DNA of 63,772 nucleotides, filler included, from Nemertoderma westbladi (taxonomy: Eukaryota; Animalia; Xenacoelomorpha): the NCBI GenBank assembly GCA_032718475.1. It is 3 parts of 3 records of this genome, joined end to end, with 100 filler letters (N's around TTAATTAATTAA, not from the genome) between each part and the next. Parts side by side here need not be neighbours in the genome. Positions count along the whole stretch, not along the records: positions 46,572 to 63,772 come from JAUCBJ010008449.1; 2 more parts are not named here. The stretch is one strand, 5' to 3'. A program made the position numbers and the translations under genes. Below are positions 63,180-63,772 of this stretch, in pieces (position 1 is the first letter of the stretch; every line of letters begins with the position of its first letter). The notes under the pieces are model-generated. The model was not told where the DNA came from. It ran no database searches and saw nothing but the letters and a program-made list of their open reading frames with translations.

Positions 63180-63772
63180 AACCATGTCAGCCACTTGACC
63201 CTGAGACTTGCTCTCCCACCTAATCTAATTATATTGAACAGGCAGTCTTATGTTACATCATTATGTTCTAATAACAGAAAATTATTATATATTATTTAAT
63301 AATTAAATCAAAGTAAAAAGTTAAACTAATGTAATATCAATCTAAAACTAATGTAAAATCAATGTAAATTAATGCAAAAGCAATCTAAAAAACGTCATTA
63401 TAAGCAAATTGTAAAAACCAGTCGTTAATAATGCTTATAATAAAAATCTTTGATTATCAGGCAAAATTTTTTTGAATGTGTTGTATCTCGAAAGTATATT
63501 ATATTAAGAATGCTGTGCCGGCATGTCGACAAAATTGCGCCGCCACAACTCCCTATCACCCATGACATTTACTAGATCATCATTTACTCCCATATAAGAG
63601 TACACTGGAACTGGACGCAAAACCCGCCTTGGTGAATTAATATCCCGCCTCAATGTTAAAATTCTCAATTTAGGGAAAGGAGCAGGTTACAGTGGCACGT
63701 TATTTTAACCAAAACAATAAACCAAAAACAATAGAAAGGTTGCAGTTTTATTTTTTAGAGTGATCAGCTATT

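Overview
Eukaryotic (invertebrate-animal-like), AT-rich, transposon-dense window made of three sequence blocks (1-22936, 23037-46471, 46572-63772) joined by artificial 100-nt N/TTAATTAATTAA/N spacers. Two host genes are recognisable: three minus-strand exons of a receptor-type guanylyl cyclase (kinase-homology domain, coiled coil, start of cyclase domain) with introns swollen by minisatellites and transposons, and an intact single-ORF DGAT1. The rest is mobile DNA: a Copia remnant, BEL/Pao pieces, a probable LTR-element 5' end, RTE and CR1 LINEs, tRNA-SINEs, several MITEs and a five-layer nested insertion. Most notable: (1) an LTR-retrotransposon family, apparently BEL/Pao, that carries downstream of integrase a ~1.7-kb non-coding region with a duplicated covarying stem-loop/pseudoknot and then a large non-env accessory ORF with three CCHC knuckles; two inverted copies and four LTRs are present; (2) a ~7-kb minisatellite that amplifies the guanylyl-cyclase exon splice donor ~200-fold; (3) an 11.9-kb CACTA/EnSpm-type element with a decayed spliced BEN-domain-like cargo gene; (4) a minimal hammerhead-ribozyme relic. 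Family assignments come from motifs read by eye; no database searches were run.
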